64,000 bases of DNA, taken from Antedon mediterranea. Lineage: Eukaryota > Animalia > Echinodermata. The position numbers and the translations under genes are program-made. The notes under the pieces were generated by a model. The model saw nothing but the letters and a program-made list of their open reading frames with translations, searched no databases and was not told the origin of the DNA. Positions 63,781-64,000 of the stretch are shown piece after piece. Location of the stretch: the NCBI RefSeq assembly GCF_964355755.1, contig NC_092676.1, positions 7,789,888 to 7,853,887 of the forward strand, written 5' to 3'. Each line of letters starts with the position of its first letter. Position 1 is the first letter of the stretch.

Positions 63781-64000
63781 TTTATTCAGTCAAATTCCTA
63801 TTACACTTTATATTTTTGGTTCGCAGGTCTTTCAGAGTAGAAATAACAATAGGAAAAAGAGTCTAATAAATTTAAAATGCTCAATATCATAATAACTAAT
63901 TATACTGTTGTATTTTATTATGATCAAAGGCTTTAACCCGTCTAAGTCAACTCGCCCTGAAGTCAACTCGGCCTCACGTCAACTAGGCCACCTTAAAGTA

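Overview
This is AT-rich, intron-containing animal genomic DNA. It is probably from a marine invertebrate, inferred from the repeat content and abundant TAGGCCTA motifs. Three host genes can be reconstructed by hand. (1) A minus-strand ANKRD6/Diversin (diego) homologue has 11 coding exons (ATG 20442, stop 2889). Its last splice acceptor coincides with the edge of a 2.9-kb 45-bp minisatellite. (2) A minus-strand, two-coding-exon non-RD protein kinase lies at 50020-51667. (3) Divergent from it is a plus-strand ankyrin-repeat + Mab-21/cGAS-like nucleotidyltransferase (cGLR) gene at 57885-62002. It has an apparent 1-nt frameshift near 61013 that an in-frame cryptic acceptor could bypass. The kinase and cGLR are head-to-head, separated mainly by a four-level nested insertion (SINE > LINE > palindromic Academ derivative > LINE). 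The rest is mostly transposons: an intact, very young Ty3/Gypsy element (32173-37187), a Helitron-type element containing a CACTA/EnSpm-type foldback, and MULE-, Kolobok-, Tc1/pogo-, PIF- and Merlin/hAT-like non-autonomous elements, tRNA- and 5S-derived SINEs and LINE tails. All calls are by eye; no database searches were run.
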